A stretch of DNA of 64,000 nt from Planctomycetota bacterium (GTDB taxonomy: Bacteria; Planctomycetota; PLA2; JAEUHO01). The notes under the pieces are model-generated. The model searched no databases, was not told where the DNA came from, and was given only the letters and a program-made list of their open reading frames with translations. Location: assembly GCA_965222115.1 (NCBI GenBank), contig CBDCTJ010000001.1:352001-416000 (forward strand). The letters run 5' to 3'. This document shows, one piece after another, positions 50,601 through 61,144 of the stretch. Numbering within the stretch: the stretch's first letter is position 1; each line of letters starts with the position of its first letter. The translations under genes were made by a program, and so were the position numbers.

Positions 50601-51437
50601 CTACTTGACGAACGGCTGGTCGCCAAGGAGTCCAACGCTGAGGATGGCGAACGAACGCGTGCGCGTATCGTAATCCTTCTCGTTGTTGAAGACCTCAAAC
50701 ATCAAGTCGCGAACCTTGCTGAGCTCAGTTGCCGAGAACTGGCGAGCAGGATCGGCACGGCGAAGCACGCCGTAGCCAAGCGCGGCCGACTGGTGGACGA
50801 TGACGTCTTCATCTTTGTGAAGGCCATTCTTGAGCAACTCAATGTGAGCAGGCTTGGTAGCAATCTTGCCGCCAGCGATGTAAGCGGCGGAACGAGCATC
50901 GGAGTGCTTTACGTTCTTGCGGTCCATCGCCCACTTGAGCGTCTCGATGATGTCGGTACGTACCAACGCGTCGGTTGCGTGCGTCGAGTCGGAGCGGTTT
51001 GCTGTGTCGCCACCACCGATCTGGAAGAGCGGGTTCTGCGAAGACACGCGGGTGTAGAGTGACTTCTTCAAGTTCTCAATGCCGGCGTTGTTGTAGTGGT
51101 ACCAGAAGTTCCACGTCTCAAACCCAGTGCTTGCCTTCTTGGGCTTACGCTTCTCGGGACCAACCTGAGGACCCGTGGGTGCTTCCGTAGCAGGCGGAGC
51201 CGTATCGGGCGTGGGCGCTGCGGGAGGCGTGGTGGGGCCAGATGTAGGAGGCGCCGAAGGCGGCGTGGTGGGGCTTTCGGCCGGGGGGGGCGTTGCGGGG
51301 GTTGGATCTTCGGCTTCGCGAAGACCTGGGGGAATCTCACCCGCACCACCGCGATACTGGCCACCGTGTGCCCAGCAGTCGTTTGCGGTGAAGAGGAGAG
51401 CAGCACCGGCAACCAATACTCCGATGACAAGCTTCAT
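50601..51437 (-). CDS. Exported protein with HGGQYRG N-terminus, Pro-rich linker and a few HEAT repeats (possibly truncated)
   Basis: Signal peptide ending 'CWA-HGGQYRG', a Pro/Thr linker, 'WNFWYHYN' and HEAT-like 'DARSAAYIAGGKI', 'RTRSFAILSVGLLG'. GAAGGAG RBS. Confidence 0.7.
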   Translation of the reverse strand: MKLVIGVLVAGAALLFTANDCWAHGGQYRGGAGEIPPGLREAEDPTPATPPPAESPTTPPSAPPTSGPTTPPAAPTPDTAPPATEAPTGPQVGPEKRKPKKASTGFETWNFWYHYNNAGIENLKKSLYTRVSSQNPLFQIGGGDTANRSDSTHATDALVRTDIIETLKWAMDRKNVKHSDARSAAYIAGGKIATKPAHIELLKNGLHKDEDVIVHQSAALGYGVLRRADPARQFSATELSKVRDLMFEVFNNEKDYDTRTRSFAILSVGLLGDQPFVK

Positions 51438-51488
51438 GGGTTCTCCTTCGTCATTAGGGACAGGAACATGATTTGAATGCGCCACGCG

Positions 51489-51534
51489 CCCCGTCTTTGC
51501 AGAACGAGGAACCCCGTCTTTGTAGAACGAGGAA
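51489..51534. repeat. 23-bp tandem duplication
   Basis: ccccgtctttgcagaacgaggaa / ccccgtctttgtagaacgaggaa (1 mismatch). Confidence 0.8.
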
Positions 51535-52003
51535 CGAGGTGCACTGAATTCTGTACGATCGCGGAAGAAATCGTGTGCCGTCCAAGATACTACGAATCGT
51601 GCCTTTTGGCTTCGATCCGCCGTCTTCTAAGGACGACTCGAAACTCTCCGCGGATTGGACGACGCTGATTCACCTGGTGATGGTGACCCAGGCGTCGTCA
51701 CACCAAATCCTACGCACGAAGAGTGCCTCTTGGACAACTTGCCGCGCATTCGGCCGTATCGCTTAGATCACACGTCGTAAGTTACCTGATGATAACGATT
51801 TGCGTCGGATCGACGTGTCGTTTGCATACAAGTAGCATTCACGAAACACGTCCTCACAGCGCCCGCGTGCTACCTCTAGGTAGCAACCGTCGCGAGAATG
51901 TGCGAATTGCCCCCGGTCCGCGACCGCAGGACGGGGATTCGAAAAGGGAAGAACTCGCGGCGGAAGTGGGAAGCGGAGCAACCGTTCCGTAGGCTTCCTC
52001 GCC

Positions 52004-52471
52004 ATGCCCCCCATCGACTCTCCTGCCCCAACCCAATCGTTCGCCCACCTCGGGCCCGTGGATCACATTGGCATCGCCGTCAAGGATTTGGGCGCTGCCA
52101 AGCAGCTGTACGGAGACACCTTCGGCCTCTCGGTGGTCTTTGAAGAAGAGGTGGCTACCGAGCACGTGCGCGTCGTCGCGTATGACGGTGGCGGCATGCG
52201 CATTGAACTGCTTGAGAGTACCGATCCCGAAGGTCCGATCGCGCGCTTTATCGCCAAGCGCGGCGAAGGCATTCACCATGTTTGTTATCGCGTCCACGAC
52301 ATCGACGCCACGCTTCGCCACTTAGACGCCGCAGGGGTGCGATTGATCGACAAGACGTCCAGACCCGGTGCGGGTGGGTGTCGCGTTGCCTTTATTCACC
52401 CCAAAGGCGCTGGCGGCGTGCTGGTCGAAATCTCACAACCGCCATCAGGAGGATCACCGCATGACGCCTGA
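52004..52471 (+). CDS. mce: Methylmalonyl-CoA epimerase
   Basis: 'DHIGIAV', 'IELLE', '[10 protein letters not shown]', 'AFIHPK...GVLVE'. Upstream of the carboxylase genes. Confidence 0.93.
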   Translation: MPPIDSPAPTQSFAHLGPVDHIGIAVKDLGAAKQLYGDTFGLSVVFEEEVATEHVRVVAYDGGGMRIELLESTDPEGPIARFIAKRGEGIHHVCYRVHDIDATLRHLDAAGVRLIDKTSRPGAGGCRVAFIHPKGAGGVLVEISQPPSGGSPHDA

Positions 52472-54038
52472 CGCGCGCCCAGACGAACCGCACGTTCCAT
52501 CGGCCATCGATGAACTCAACCGTCGCCGGGAGGCAACAAAGTTGGGTGGTGGCGTGGATGCCATTGAACGCCAACATAAGCGCGGCAAACTGACTGCGCG
52601 GGAACGCCTCGACCTGTTACTCGATAGTGGAAGTTTCGAGGAACTTGATCCCTTCAAAATGCATCGCTGCCGTGACTTTGGCATGGACGAAAAACGCATA
52701 CCTGGCGATGGTGTTGTAATGGGCATGGGTCGCATCGATGGTCGCGTTGTGGCGGCGTTTGCGCAGGACTTCACCGTGTTTGGTGGTTCGCTCAGCGGTG
52801 CCAACGCGGAGAAAGTGTGCAAGCTCATGGACATGGCCATGAAAGTTGGCTGTCCCGTACTTGGCCTCAATGATTCGGGCGGAGCGCGCATCCAAGAAGG
52901 CGTCGTTTCACTGGGTGGCTACGCCGACATCTTCTTGCGCAATACCCTCGCATCGGGTGTTATTCCGCAAATTTCGGCAGTTTTAGGGCCCTGTGCCGGA
53001 GGAGCGGTCTACTCGCCCGCGATTACCGACTTTGTCGTGATGGCCGAAGGCACGTCCTATATGTACGTGACCGGACCGGGCGTAACCAAGACCGTTACGC
53101 ACGAGGAAGTGACCCACGAAGAGCTCGGCGGTGCTTCCGTTCACTCCGAAAAGTCGGGCGTTGCACACTTTCGTGTGCCGGATGAATCCGCAGCCATTGC
53201 CACACTCAAACGTCTGCTTGCGTTTCTTCCTCAGAACAACGCGGAGGGTCCTCCTCAAGGTCCACCCGGCGACGACATCAATCGCATGGACGATGCGCTC
53301 AACACCATCGTTCCCGAGGATCCCAATCGACCGTATGACATGCGCGATGTCATTCGCCGCATTGTTGATCACGGTGACTTCTTGGAAGTCCACGAACATT
53401 TCGCGGGCAACATCGTGGTTGGCTTTGCACACCTCGGCCAACGTGCCGTCGGCATCGTTGCCAATCAACCGCAGGTGCTCGCGGGGTGCCTAGACGTAAA
53501 CGCGTCGATCAAGGCTGCGCGCTTCGTTCGCTTTTGCGACGCGTTCAACATTCCCCTCGTCACGTTTGAAGACGTGCCTGGATTCTTGCCGGGTACGGAC
53601 CAAGAGTGGAACGGCATTATTCGCAATGGGGCCAAGTTGCTCTACGCCTACTGCGAAGCCACGGTGCCCAAGCTCACCGTGATTACACGCAAGGCCTACG
53701 GCGGCGCCTACGACGTGATGTCCAGCAAACACATTCGGGGCGATTGGAACGTGGCGTGGCCCACCGCCGAAGTCGCTGTGATGGGCGCCAAAGGCGCTGT
53801 CGAAGTGATCTTTCGAAAGGAGATCGCGGCGGCCGATGAGCCGGCGGTCGTGCAAGCGACGCGCGAAGCCGAGTACCGCGAGCGCTTTGCCAACCCCTAC
53901 GTGGCGGCCGAGCGCGGCTACCTCGACGACGTGATTGAGCCGCGCCACACACGCCCCAAACTCATCGCCGCATTGGCATTTCTGGAGACCAAACGCGACC
54001 AGAACCCGCCCAAGAAGCACGGGAACATTCCGCTTTGA
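52461..54038 (+). CDS. pccB: Propionyl-CoA carboxylase beta (carboxyltransferase) subunit
   Basis: 'GKLTARER', '[10 protein letters not shown]', '[12 protein letters not shown]', 'DVPGFLPG', 'KKHGNIPL'. Confidence 0.95.
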   Translation: MTPDARPDEPHVPSAIDELNRRREATKLGGGVDAIERQHKRGKLTARERLDLLLDSGSFEELDPFKMHRCRDFGMDEKRIPGDGVVMGMGRIDGRVVAAFAQDFTVFGGSLSGANAEKVCKLMDMAMKVGCPVLGLNDSGGARIQEGVVSLGGYADIFLRNTLASGVIPQISAVLGPCAGGAVYSPAITDFVVMAEGTSYMYVTGPGVTKTVTHEEVTHEELGGASVHSEKSGVAHFRVPDESAAIATLKRLLAFLPQNNAEGPPQGPPGDDINRMDDALNTIVPEDPNRPYDMRDVIRRIVDHGDFLEVHEHFAGNIVVGFAHLGQRAVGIVANQPQVLAGCLDVNASIKAARFVRFCDAFNIPLVTFEDVPGFLPGTDQEWNGIIRNGAKLLYAYCEATVPKLTVITRKAYGGAYDVMSSKHIRGDWNVAWPTAEVAVMGAKGAVEVIFRKEIAAADEPAVVQATREAEYRERFANPYVAAERGYLDDVIEPRHTRPKLIAALAFLETKRDQNPPKKHGNIPL

Positions 54039-55579
54039 GTTCCTCCGCAACGTCCATTAAGAAGTTGCTCGTCGCCAATCGCGGTGAGATAGCCCTGCGG
54101 ATCATTCGTGCCGCGCACGAATTGGGTATCCAAACCGTTGCCGTGTTTTCGGACGCAGATCGCACCGCGCTTCACGTGCGTGCGGCCCACGAAGCCATTC
54201 GCATTGGCCCACCGCCACCCGGGGAGTCCTACCTGCACATTGACGGGTTGTTAGAAGCTTGCCAAACCTCAGGTGCCGACGCGGTCCATCCCGGTTATGG
54301 ATTTCTCGCCGAGAACGCGGAGTTCGCAACGCGCGTCGTTGCGGCCGGACTTCGGTTCGTAGGGCCCTCGCCTGCATCGATGAATGCCATGGGCGACAAG
54401 ATTTCCGCACGGCGCACCGTAGCGTCATCCGGCGTTCCCCTGGTTCCCGGCGCCGAACTCAAGGACGCCAGCAATCACAAGGCGCTGGCTGCAATCGCAA
54501 AGGACGTGGGCTACCCGCTACTTGTAAAGGCTTCCGCTGGTGGCGGTGGCAAGGGTATGCGCTTGGTAGAGGATCCAAACGACCTCGTCGAAGCCGTGGC
54601 ACGCGCCTCGGGCGAGGCGCAGACCGCTTTTGGCAATCCCACCGTGTACCTCGAACGATTCATCACCGGTCCACGACACATTGAGATTCAAGTGTTGGCC
54701 GATCGCCATGGCAACACCGTCGCTCTAGGTGAGCGCGAGTGCTCCGTGCAACGTCGCCATCAAAAGGTGATCGAAGAACGCCCGTCGTGTGTGATTACGC
54801 CAGCGTTTCGCACCGCCATGGAAGCCGCCGCTGTCGCAACGGCCAAGAGCTGTGACTACGAGGGTGCGGGAACGGTTGAATTTCTGGTGGGCGATGACGG
54901 ATCGTTCTACTTCCTTGAAATGAACACGCGCATTCAAGTGGAACATCCCATTACCGAACTTTGTTACGGCGTGGACTTGGTGCAAGAGCAGCTGCGAATT
55001 GCCGCCGGGGAGCCATTGTCCTTTGGCAACACGGTGCCTACGCCCCAAGGACATGCCATTGAGGCGAGAGTGTGTGCAGAAGACGCCGATGCGGGTTTCT
55101 TGCCAAGCACAGGCACCCTGGGCCCCATCCAACTTCCCGGCGGGCCGGGCATCCGTTGCGATGGCCACGTCTATGCCGGCCAGGACATCACACTGCATTA
55201 CGACAACCTCCTGATGAAGGTGATCGCGCACGCACCCACGCGCACCATGGCGATTGACCGTCTGCGACGCGCACTTCATGAAACTCGCTTGCCCGGCATC
55301 ACAACGAACTTGCCACTACTCGTGCGCACCTTGGACCATCCCGATTTTCAATCCGGTAACTACGACACGTCCATTCTGGAAGACGATCTCCGCCAACCGC
55401 CTGCCATGGATGCCGTGACGATCATCTCGGCGGCCTTAGCAAAACACCGACGAGTACGCCCACGTGTTGTGCCCACGTCGGGCGCTTTCAAAGGAGTCGC
55501 ATCGCCGTGGTTGCTAGGCAGTCGATTGCGCCAAAGTGGAGGCGGGTGGCGTGGCCGCGGATGGGGAGGTGGCGCATGA
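54035..55579 (+). CDS. accC: Biotin carboxylase subunit of acyl-CoA carboxylase
   Basis: 'ANRGEIA', '[10 protein letters not shown]', 'GGGGKGMR', '[12 protein letters not shown]', '[11 protein letters not shown]'. Confidence 0.95.
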   Translation: MSSSATSIKKLLVANRGEIALRIIRAAHELGIQTVAVFSDADRTALHVRAAHEAIRIGPPPPGESYLHIDGLLEACQTSGADAVHPGYGFLAENAEFATRVVAAGLRFVGPSPASMNAMGDKISARRTVASSGVPLVPGAELKDASNHKALAAIAKDVGYPLLVKASAGGGGKGMRLVEDPNDLVEAVARASGEAQTAFGNPTVYLERFITGPRHIEIQVLADRHGNTVALGERECSVQRRHQKVIEERPSCVITPAFRTAMEAAAVATAKSCDYEGAGTVEFLVGDDGSFYFLEMNTRIQVEHPITELCYGVDLVQEQLRIAAGEPLSFGNTVPTPQGHAIEARVCAEDADAGFLPSTGTLGPIQLPGGPGIRCDGHVYAGQDITLHYDNLLMKVIAHAPTRTMAIDRLRRALHETRLPGITTNLPLLVRTLDHPDFQSGNYDTSILEDDLRQPPAMDAVTIISAALAKHRRVRPRVVPTSGAFKGVASPWLLGSRLRQSGGGWRGRGWGGGA

Positions 55580-56118
55580 CGTCTCCCGCACCGCGACCCA
55601 GCACGTATTACGTCACGTCCGGCGACAAAGAACACGTCGTGCGTATCACGTCGCACGGCAGTTCGCTGCTTGTCGAGCTCGATGGCACCACCCATCGCGT
55701 CCATCTCACCGAGACCGAGGATGGCGAACTGCTCAATGCGCTTATCGGTACACAGAGTGTCACATTTTCTGCGCGCTTTGAGAATGGCGACGCGGTGCTC
55801 GGGTTTCATGATCGTGAAGTGCGCCTCCACGTGGAGAACGAACGCGAACACTTGACGCGTCAGATGACCGGCGGGGGCGCGGCGGCGCACGGCCCGGCCG
55901 AGATCAAGAGTGTGATGCCCGGCGTGGTCAAAGAACTGCGCGTCGCCGTCGGCGATGCGGTCGTGCGCGACCATCCGCTGCTCATTCTCGAAGCGATGAA
56001 GATGGAAAATGAGATTCGGGCGCCATCGGCCGGCGTCGTCGCGGCGATTCTGGTTGCTGAGGGGGAAGCGGTTGAAAAGGGCGCACCGCTTGTGCGAATC
56101 GAGCCAGAGGCCTCTTAA
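55576..56118 (+). CDS. Biotin carboxyl carrier protein
   Basis: Biotinylation motif 'LEAMKMENEI'. ATGA overlap with the upstream gene. Confidence 0.92.
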   Translation: MTSPAPRPSTYYVTSGDKEHVVRITSHGSSLLVELDGTTHRVHLTETEDGELLNALIGTQSVTFSARFENGDAVLGFHDREVRLHVENEREHLTRQMTGGGAAAHGPAEIKSVMPGVVKELRVAVGDAVVRDHPLLILEAMKMENEIRAPSAGVVAAILVAEGEAVEKGAPLVRIEPEAS

Positions 56119-56213
56119 ACTCGCGAATGAGCGATGGACTCGCCAACAAGTCGATAGCCCAGCCGTAAGATAGAAACCACGAGGCAAGCACAACAAGCGC
56201 ATCGGGAGGCGTC

Positions 56214-57137
56214 ATGTCCAAGCTCAACCTATTCCTCGCGTTGGCCGCACTCGGATTGGCGGGCTACGTAGCCGTAGGTTCCTCATCCTCTAACGATTCG
56301 AGTTCAGAGGATCTTCAAGCGCGGCTGTCAAGCCTCGAGGCCTCGGTTGCATCCGTCGAAACGCAGCTCAAGGCCATGAATCGACGGGATCACAACGATC
56401 CACTCACCGCAATGCGCGATGATTCAGCCGCTGGAGCGCGCACATCGAACGGCCCGACGTCAAACGGCCCAACCCTGAGTGGCACGCCCAAGAGCGATAC
56501 GAGCACCACCGATGCGGCGTCTTCGCCCGAGAGCGACATGAAGGAGGAGTTGGCGCGCGTCAAAGAAGAACTCGCCAAACTCAAGAAGAATGGTGGTTTG
56601 TCGCTCCCAAAGATCCTGTCGAGCGCAACGTCGAACGGATTCTTTCGAAACACCAACGATCTTGCGACCAAGCTAGAATTGGATGACGGACAGAAGGCCG
56701 ACATCGAGGACATTTTGGCCGAAGCCAAGGAAGATTTGGATGAGTTGATGGACGAGCCCAACGAAGACGGCGACACCATGCGTAGCGTTCGCGAAGAGTT
56801 TAGTACGGCGATGAAAGATATGATGGCCAAGCGCACCGGGGGGAGCGGGACTATGACAACGTTCAACTCGTCGGATTTTCAAAAGCACTTCCAACGCATG
56901 TCATCTTTTAAGGACTCGCGCCTCCCCAGTCACAACAAGACCTATCGTGAGGCAGCCAACGAGATCCGCAATCGGGCTTTTGGACGCGTCGGAAGCACGA
57001 TGACCGACGACCAGCGACGTAAGTGGGATAGTGGCCACAAGCACGGGCTCCTCCCCGGCAGTGGCGGGATGTCCACGACGGTTACCGTCGGAACACCCTC
57101 GATATTCGTGGAATCCACTGAGTCCGACAGCAAGTAA
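56214..57137 (+). CDS. Hypothetical membrane-anchored coiled-coil protein
   Basis: GGAGG RBS, N-terminal hydrophobic helix, coiled coils and Spy/CpxP-like 'LELDDGQKADI', 'MTDDQRRKW' elements. Confidence 0.65.
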   Translation: MSKLNLFLALAALGLAGYVAVGSSSSNDSSSEDLQARLSSLEASVASVETQLKAMNRRDHNDPLTAMRDDSAAGARTSNGPTSNGPTLSGTPKSDTSTTDAASSPESDMKEELARVKEELAKLKKNGGLSLPKILSSATSNGFFRNTNDLATKLELDDGQKADIEDILAEAKEDLDELMDEPNEDGDTMRSVREEFSTAMKDMMAKRTGGSGTMTTFNSSDFQKHFQRMSSFKDSRLPSHNKTYREAANEIRNRAFGRVGSTMTDDQRRKWDSGHKHGLLPGSGGMSTTVTVGTPSIFVESTESDSK

Positions 57138-57161
57138 TCTCGCGCAGTCACGCGCCCCGAG

Positions 57162-58241
57162 CTAAACGCGCAACAGCAACTTCCGCGCGGCGCGTGAGCG
57201 CTCCGGTCCCAGCGTCAACGGAATGCATGTAACGGCGTCCGCCACATCGTCTTTGCTCGCACCGAGCCGCACCGCCGCGCGCATATGACCGAGCAGCGGC
57301 GCTTCCAACGAACCAAGGGAGCCCAAAACCGACACCGCCAAGAGCTCGCGCTCGACCAATGAAAGTCCCCCTTCACGAGCCAAAACGCGCCCGTAGGCGT
57401 CCTCCAAGATCCATGCGGGAAGTGTGGGATGAAGCGTGCGGATCGTTTCAAGAATCGCGTCCGCACGATCGCCGTACACCCTCTCAAACACGCCTCGGCC
57501 TTGTTCCGCCCGTTCGCCGCGCGCGACATCGCCAATCGCTTGAGATGCGACATGCGAATCGACCGATCGCAACACCGTGAATGCCGCCAATGTGCGAGGC
57601 ACACCCGCGTACGGCACGAGTTGCAATAGCGTTTCCTCCAAGCGAGCGGCGCCGCACCCCGATGCACGTGCGTGTTGCATCGCTACGCGGAGTTCGTCCA
57701 GCAGACCCGTGGCGGCGAGGGCCGCAATTCGAAGCAGGTAGAAGAGCTTAGAACGTAGCGTGGAGCTGGCATCTTCTGACCACGTAACCGTGTCGTACGT
57801 GATCGTGCGATCGGTTATCCATCGACAAAGTGCGGCGTGATACGGAGCATCCAAGTAGCGCGGGACGTCGGCGAGCGCTACCCAACAAACCTCGTCAATG
57901 CCCTCGCCCGCCTCGGGTTCTGCCGAGTCATTCACATCCACCCGGAACGTAAAGGCGCGCCACGCATACAACGTCGACTCGCCTCGTGTGCGACGACCGT
58001 CTACGGTGAGGCAAAGCTGTTGCGGCACGACTTCGAGCCGCGTCTCTTCCTTCCACTCACGCACGAGCGCATCGACGAGTGACTCGCCCGGATGCAAGCG
58101 CCCTCCGGGCAAGTCCCAACGTGAGGCCAAGTCGTCGCCTTCGAGGCGGTCATTTCGAACCAGCAACACGCGTCCGTCGCACTCCAACCACCCGAGCACT
58201 GCGTCAAAGGAGGCCAAGGCCGACGTAGAGGGCGCGTTCAT
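57162..58241 (-). CDS. NUDIX hydrolase fused to carboxymuconolactone-decarboxylase (CMD/AhpD-like) domains
   Basis: Nudix box 'GGRLHPGESLVDALVREWKEETRL', then CMD-like 'LEETLLQLVPYAGVPR' and 'ERELLAVSVL...HMRAAVRLGA'. Confidence 0.8.
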   Translation of the reverse strand: MNAPSTSALASFDAVLGWLECDGRVLLVRNDRLEGDDLASRWDLPGGRLHPGESLVDALVREWKEETRLEVVPQQLCLTVDGRRTRGESTLYAWRAFTFRVDVNDSAEPEAGEGIDEVCWVALADVPRYLDAPYHAALCRWITDRTITYDTVTWSEDASSTLRSKLFYLLRIAALAATGLLDELRVAMQHARASGCGAARLEETLLQLVPYAGVPRTLAAFTVLRSVDSHVASQAIGDVARGERAEQGRGVFERVYGDRADAILETIRTLHPTLPAWILEDAYGRVLAREGGLSLVERELLAVSVLGSLGSLEAPLLGHMRAAVRLGASKDDVADAVTCIPLTLGPERSRAARKLLLRV

Positions 58242-58430
58242 GTTTGCGTTTTAGCAGGAATTCGCGCGAACCGCGGACGATTGGACATTCGCGGACAAGC
58301 GAACACTCAAGCAAAGGGACGGATGCGGACGATAGGCGTAGCGAAATCCCCGTCGTTTCGAAGCGCGTGCGGTACCGGTGCCGCTACGCCTCGCCGACTT
58401 GCCTAGCCTACCGGTGAAAGTCGACTCCAC

Positions 58431-60953
58431 ATGTCCAAGGGACTCTCCCTCGAATTGCTGGTTTCGCGCACGGTCGTGGTCGTCGCGGTGGGATTTCTCG
58501 TCGCGTATGTCGGCGGCGACATTCGTGAACAGCCCGTTGCGATGGGGTTGGTTGGGCTCCTGGCTATTCTGTATCTGGCCGGGACGTTGTGGACGGTCGT
58601 CACCGATTCATCCACCGCCTTTCACGTGTGCCTGACGATCTGTGACTGGCTGTGCGTGACGGGGCTATTTTGCCTTTTGCTGCCCGCGTTTTCAAACGTG
58701 CTCGACACCCGCATCCCTTTTTTGGCGGCACTGCTGATTGCGTCGTCCATTTCGTTGGTGGGCGGACGATTGGTTGCGGGCGCACTAGGTTCCTTAAGTG
58801 CTGCGATGGTCCTCGTGCTCTCGTGGGCCTTGCTTCCCGTATCACGTGACTCGATGCAAGGTGAACTCTTCGCGGTCCAAGTTGCGGCCATCACCGGTCT
58901 CGCATTTCAAATCGTGTTTGTGGGTCGCCACCTCATCGGCCACCGCGCGGAACTGGATCTCGCTCAACGCGTCGCACAACAACTCCGGGCACGCGAACGC
59001 GAGGCGGCCCACGTCGTCGCCTTGCGCGAACGCCTCTTTGCCTGCGCGCAAGTGGACGATGTCGTAACAACCCTGGTCGATCACCTCTGCCAGAACTTCT
59101 CAGCGCGGGCCGCTGGTGCTGTATTGCTTGCCGAAAACAAGGACGCGGGATGCTGGAGTGAGCGTGCACAGTTCGGCGGCACAACGACGGATGATCGCCG
59201 GGCCACCATGGCGGAGTTACTAACCCGCGAGGGCATCCCCTTCGATGTGCAGGCGCTTGACTGCAAGGAAATTCCCGGCGCGCGCACGCTGGCGGTTCGC
59301 AAGCTACGTACACGCATCTCCGTGCCGGTGCAGCTGGACGGACGCACCGACGGGTTGATCGTGTTAGCCGATGGACGTCGGGATGCATTAGGCGCCGATG
59401 ACATCGCCGCGCTGTCACAAGTTGCTCAGGCGGTTTCGGAATCGCTTGGGCGTATGCGCCGCGCATCGGGCAAGCAGAAGCGCCAGATGGCGTTGTTGCT
59501 GCAAGAGATGCCCGAGGGTGTGCTTTTGCTTGGACGGCGCGGTGAAGTACTCATGGCCAACCCCGTTGCCCGGCGCGCGCTTCAAGCGTCGGCGCTTGCG
59601 CGGCAAGCTACCGACAAACCCGCGCTGGGCGATGTCGAACTCGACGAGTTAGCCTGTGCACCGGAGGGCAGCGAACGTCGTTTTCGCGCCTGGGTGCCCC
59701 GCGCCGGTGCGGCCAAGCCCGCACAACTCAGTTGCACGGCCTCGGTCATATCCGACGGGAACGAGCATGTGGGAACGTTGGTCACGATCGTGGACGTGAC
59801 CGACGAGATTGAAGCGCGTCAGCGATTGATGGATGCGGAACGCAAGACCGTTGTGGGTCAAACGCTCGCAGGCGTGGCCCACGAGCTCAACAACCCCCTT
59901 GCCGTATTGATGGGTTACGCCGACATCTTGGGCAAATCCGACGTGCCAGCCAACATCGACGTTCCCATCTCACGTATGCGCGAGCAAGCCCTCCGGGCAA
60001 CGCGCATCGTGCGAAACCTGCTCAACTTCGCGCGTCGGCAGAAGTCGGCAACCGTCGCCCATATTGGCCTGACAAAGCTCATTGAAGACACGATGGAGCT
60101 GTTGCGCTACGAAGCACGAGCCTGCAACGTCCGCATGAACATAACCCTGCCGGAGAATCTTCCGCCGATTCGCGGTGAAAAGTATGCACTCCAGCAAATT
60201 CTCGTCAACCTCGTCCAAAACGCGCTGCAGGCCATGAAGGAAACGACACCCCCCACCGGAGGCCACCGGTTGGACGTAGACGTCTCTCACGACGAAGAAA
60301 CTGTGTCGGTCCAAGTACGCGACACAGGACCGGGCGTGCCGCGTAACAACCGCGAAACCATCTTTGAGGCGTTCTTTACCACGAAGGGTGCGCGCAACGG
60401 GACGGGGCTTGGCTTGGCACTGTCGCGCTCCATCGCGAGGGAACACGAAGGCGATCTGGTGCTGCTCGACTCGAAAACGGGGCGAGGATCGACCTTCCTC
60501 CTCACCGTGCCGGTTAGTACCGATTCGATCGAGGTGATCGAATCCTCGGATGCGCGCGAAGTACGCACGGATCTCGCTCTGAAGGTCCTGGTGGTCGATG
60601 ACGAGGCCGCCGTCCGCGAAGCCCTGCACGCGCAGCTTCGAAGCATGGGCGCGAGTGTGTCGATTGCCGCGGCTTCGGAGGAGGCACTCAAGCGCATCGA
60701 ACAAGAGCAGTTTGACGTGGTGCTAACGGACGTGCGCATGCCCAATGGATCGGGCCTCGATCTTCATCGTCGCATCGCCAAGTCACACGCCGAACTCGCG
60801 TCGCGCGTCGTGTTCATGACCGGTGACTTCGCCAACGAAGACTTGCTGGCCGACATCGAAACGCGCGGCAATCGACTCTTAGAAAAGCCGTTCACTTCCG
60901 ACGAGTTGTCAAGCACGCTCCGCGCCGTGGCCCAAAGCGCCAGCGCGAGTTGA
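58431..60953 (+). CDS. Membrane hybrid histidine kinase (TM-GAF-PAS-HisKA-HATPase-REC)
   Basis: H-box 'AGVAHELNNPL', N-box 'QILVNLVQNA', G-boxes 'DTGPG' and 'GTGLGL', REC 'VLVVDDE...LTDVRMP...KPF'. Confidence 0.93.
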   Translation: MSKGLSLELLVSRTVVVVAVGFLVAYVGGDIREQPVAMGLVGLLAILYLAGTLWTVVTDSSTAFHVCLTICDWLCVTGLFCLLLPAFSNVLDTRIPFLAALLIASSISLVGGRLVAGALGSLSAAMVLVLSWALLPVSRDSMQGELFAVQVAAITGLAFQIVFVGRHLIGHRAELDLAQRVAQQLRAREREAAHVVALRERLFACAQVDDVVTTLVDHLCQNFSARAAGAVLLAENKDAGCWSERAQFGGTTTDDRRATMAELLTREGIPFDVQALDCKEIPGARTLAVRKLRTRISVPVQLDGRTDGLIVLADGRRDALGADDIAALSQVAQAVSESLGRMRRASGKQKRQMALLLQEMPEGVLLLGRRGEVLMANPVARRALQASALARQATDKPALGDVELDELACAPEGSERRFRAWVPRAGAAKPAQLSCTASVISDGNEHVGTLVTIVDVTDEIEARQRLMDAERKTVVGQTLAGVAHELNNPLAVLMGYADILGKSDVPANIDVPISRMREQALRATRIVRNLLNFARRQKSATVAHIGLTKLIEDTMELLRYEARACNVRMNITLPENLPPIRGEKYALQQILVNLVQNALQAMKETTPPTGGHRLDVDVSHDEETVSVQVRDTGPGVPRNNRETIFEAFFTTKGARNGTGLGLALSRSIAREHEGDLVLLDSKTGRGSTFLLTVPVSTDSIEVIESSDAREVRTDLALKVLVVDDEAAVREALHAQLRSMGASVSIAAASEEALKRIEQEQFDVVLTDVRMPNGSGLDLHRRIAKSHAELASRVVFMTGDFANEDLLADIETRGNRLLEKPFTSDELSSTLRAVAQSASAS

Positions 60954-60956
60954 TTT

Positions 60957-61136
60957 CTAGAGGTGGTTGCATAAGGGTCCGTTGCGAGTGTGCAGAGACC
61001 GCAGCGAGAGACGATGGACGAAGAAATTGGACCGCAGGCGTGGTCTGTTCACGTCGAGGAGCCAATTTCGAACGGACGCGGCTCGCAGCAAGAGGATCTG
61101 TGCACGTAGCAGGTCCACTTATGAAACCACCTCTAG
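60957..61136. mobile_element. 180-bp MITE-like element / structured non-coding RNA with 19-bp terminal inverted repeats
   Basis: Left ctagaggtggttgcataag and right cttatgaaaccacctctag (18/19 complementary), both ending in CTAG, with nested internal stems. Confidence 0.7.
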
Positions 61137-61144
61137 TCCGTGGG

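Noticed and set aside
51930-52000. AAAAGGGAA upstream of mce suggesting a cobalamin riboswitch
   Set aside because: It lacks the following GGTG-AA-TCC and GCCCCCGC-ACTGT elements and a B12 box.
54035-56118. Split biotin carboxylase and BCCP as a frameshifted pccA
   Set aside because: A clean ATGA coupling with a GGAGG RBS is present, and separate subunits are a well-known arrangement.
58306-58333. TCAAG...GACGATA as a sigma28 promoter for the histidine kinase
   Set aside because: The spacing is too long and the -10 box is imperfect.
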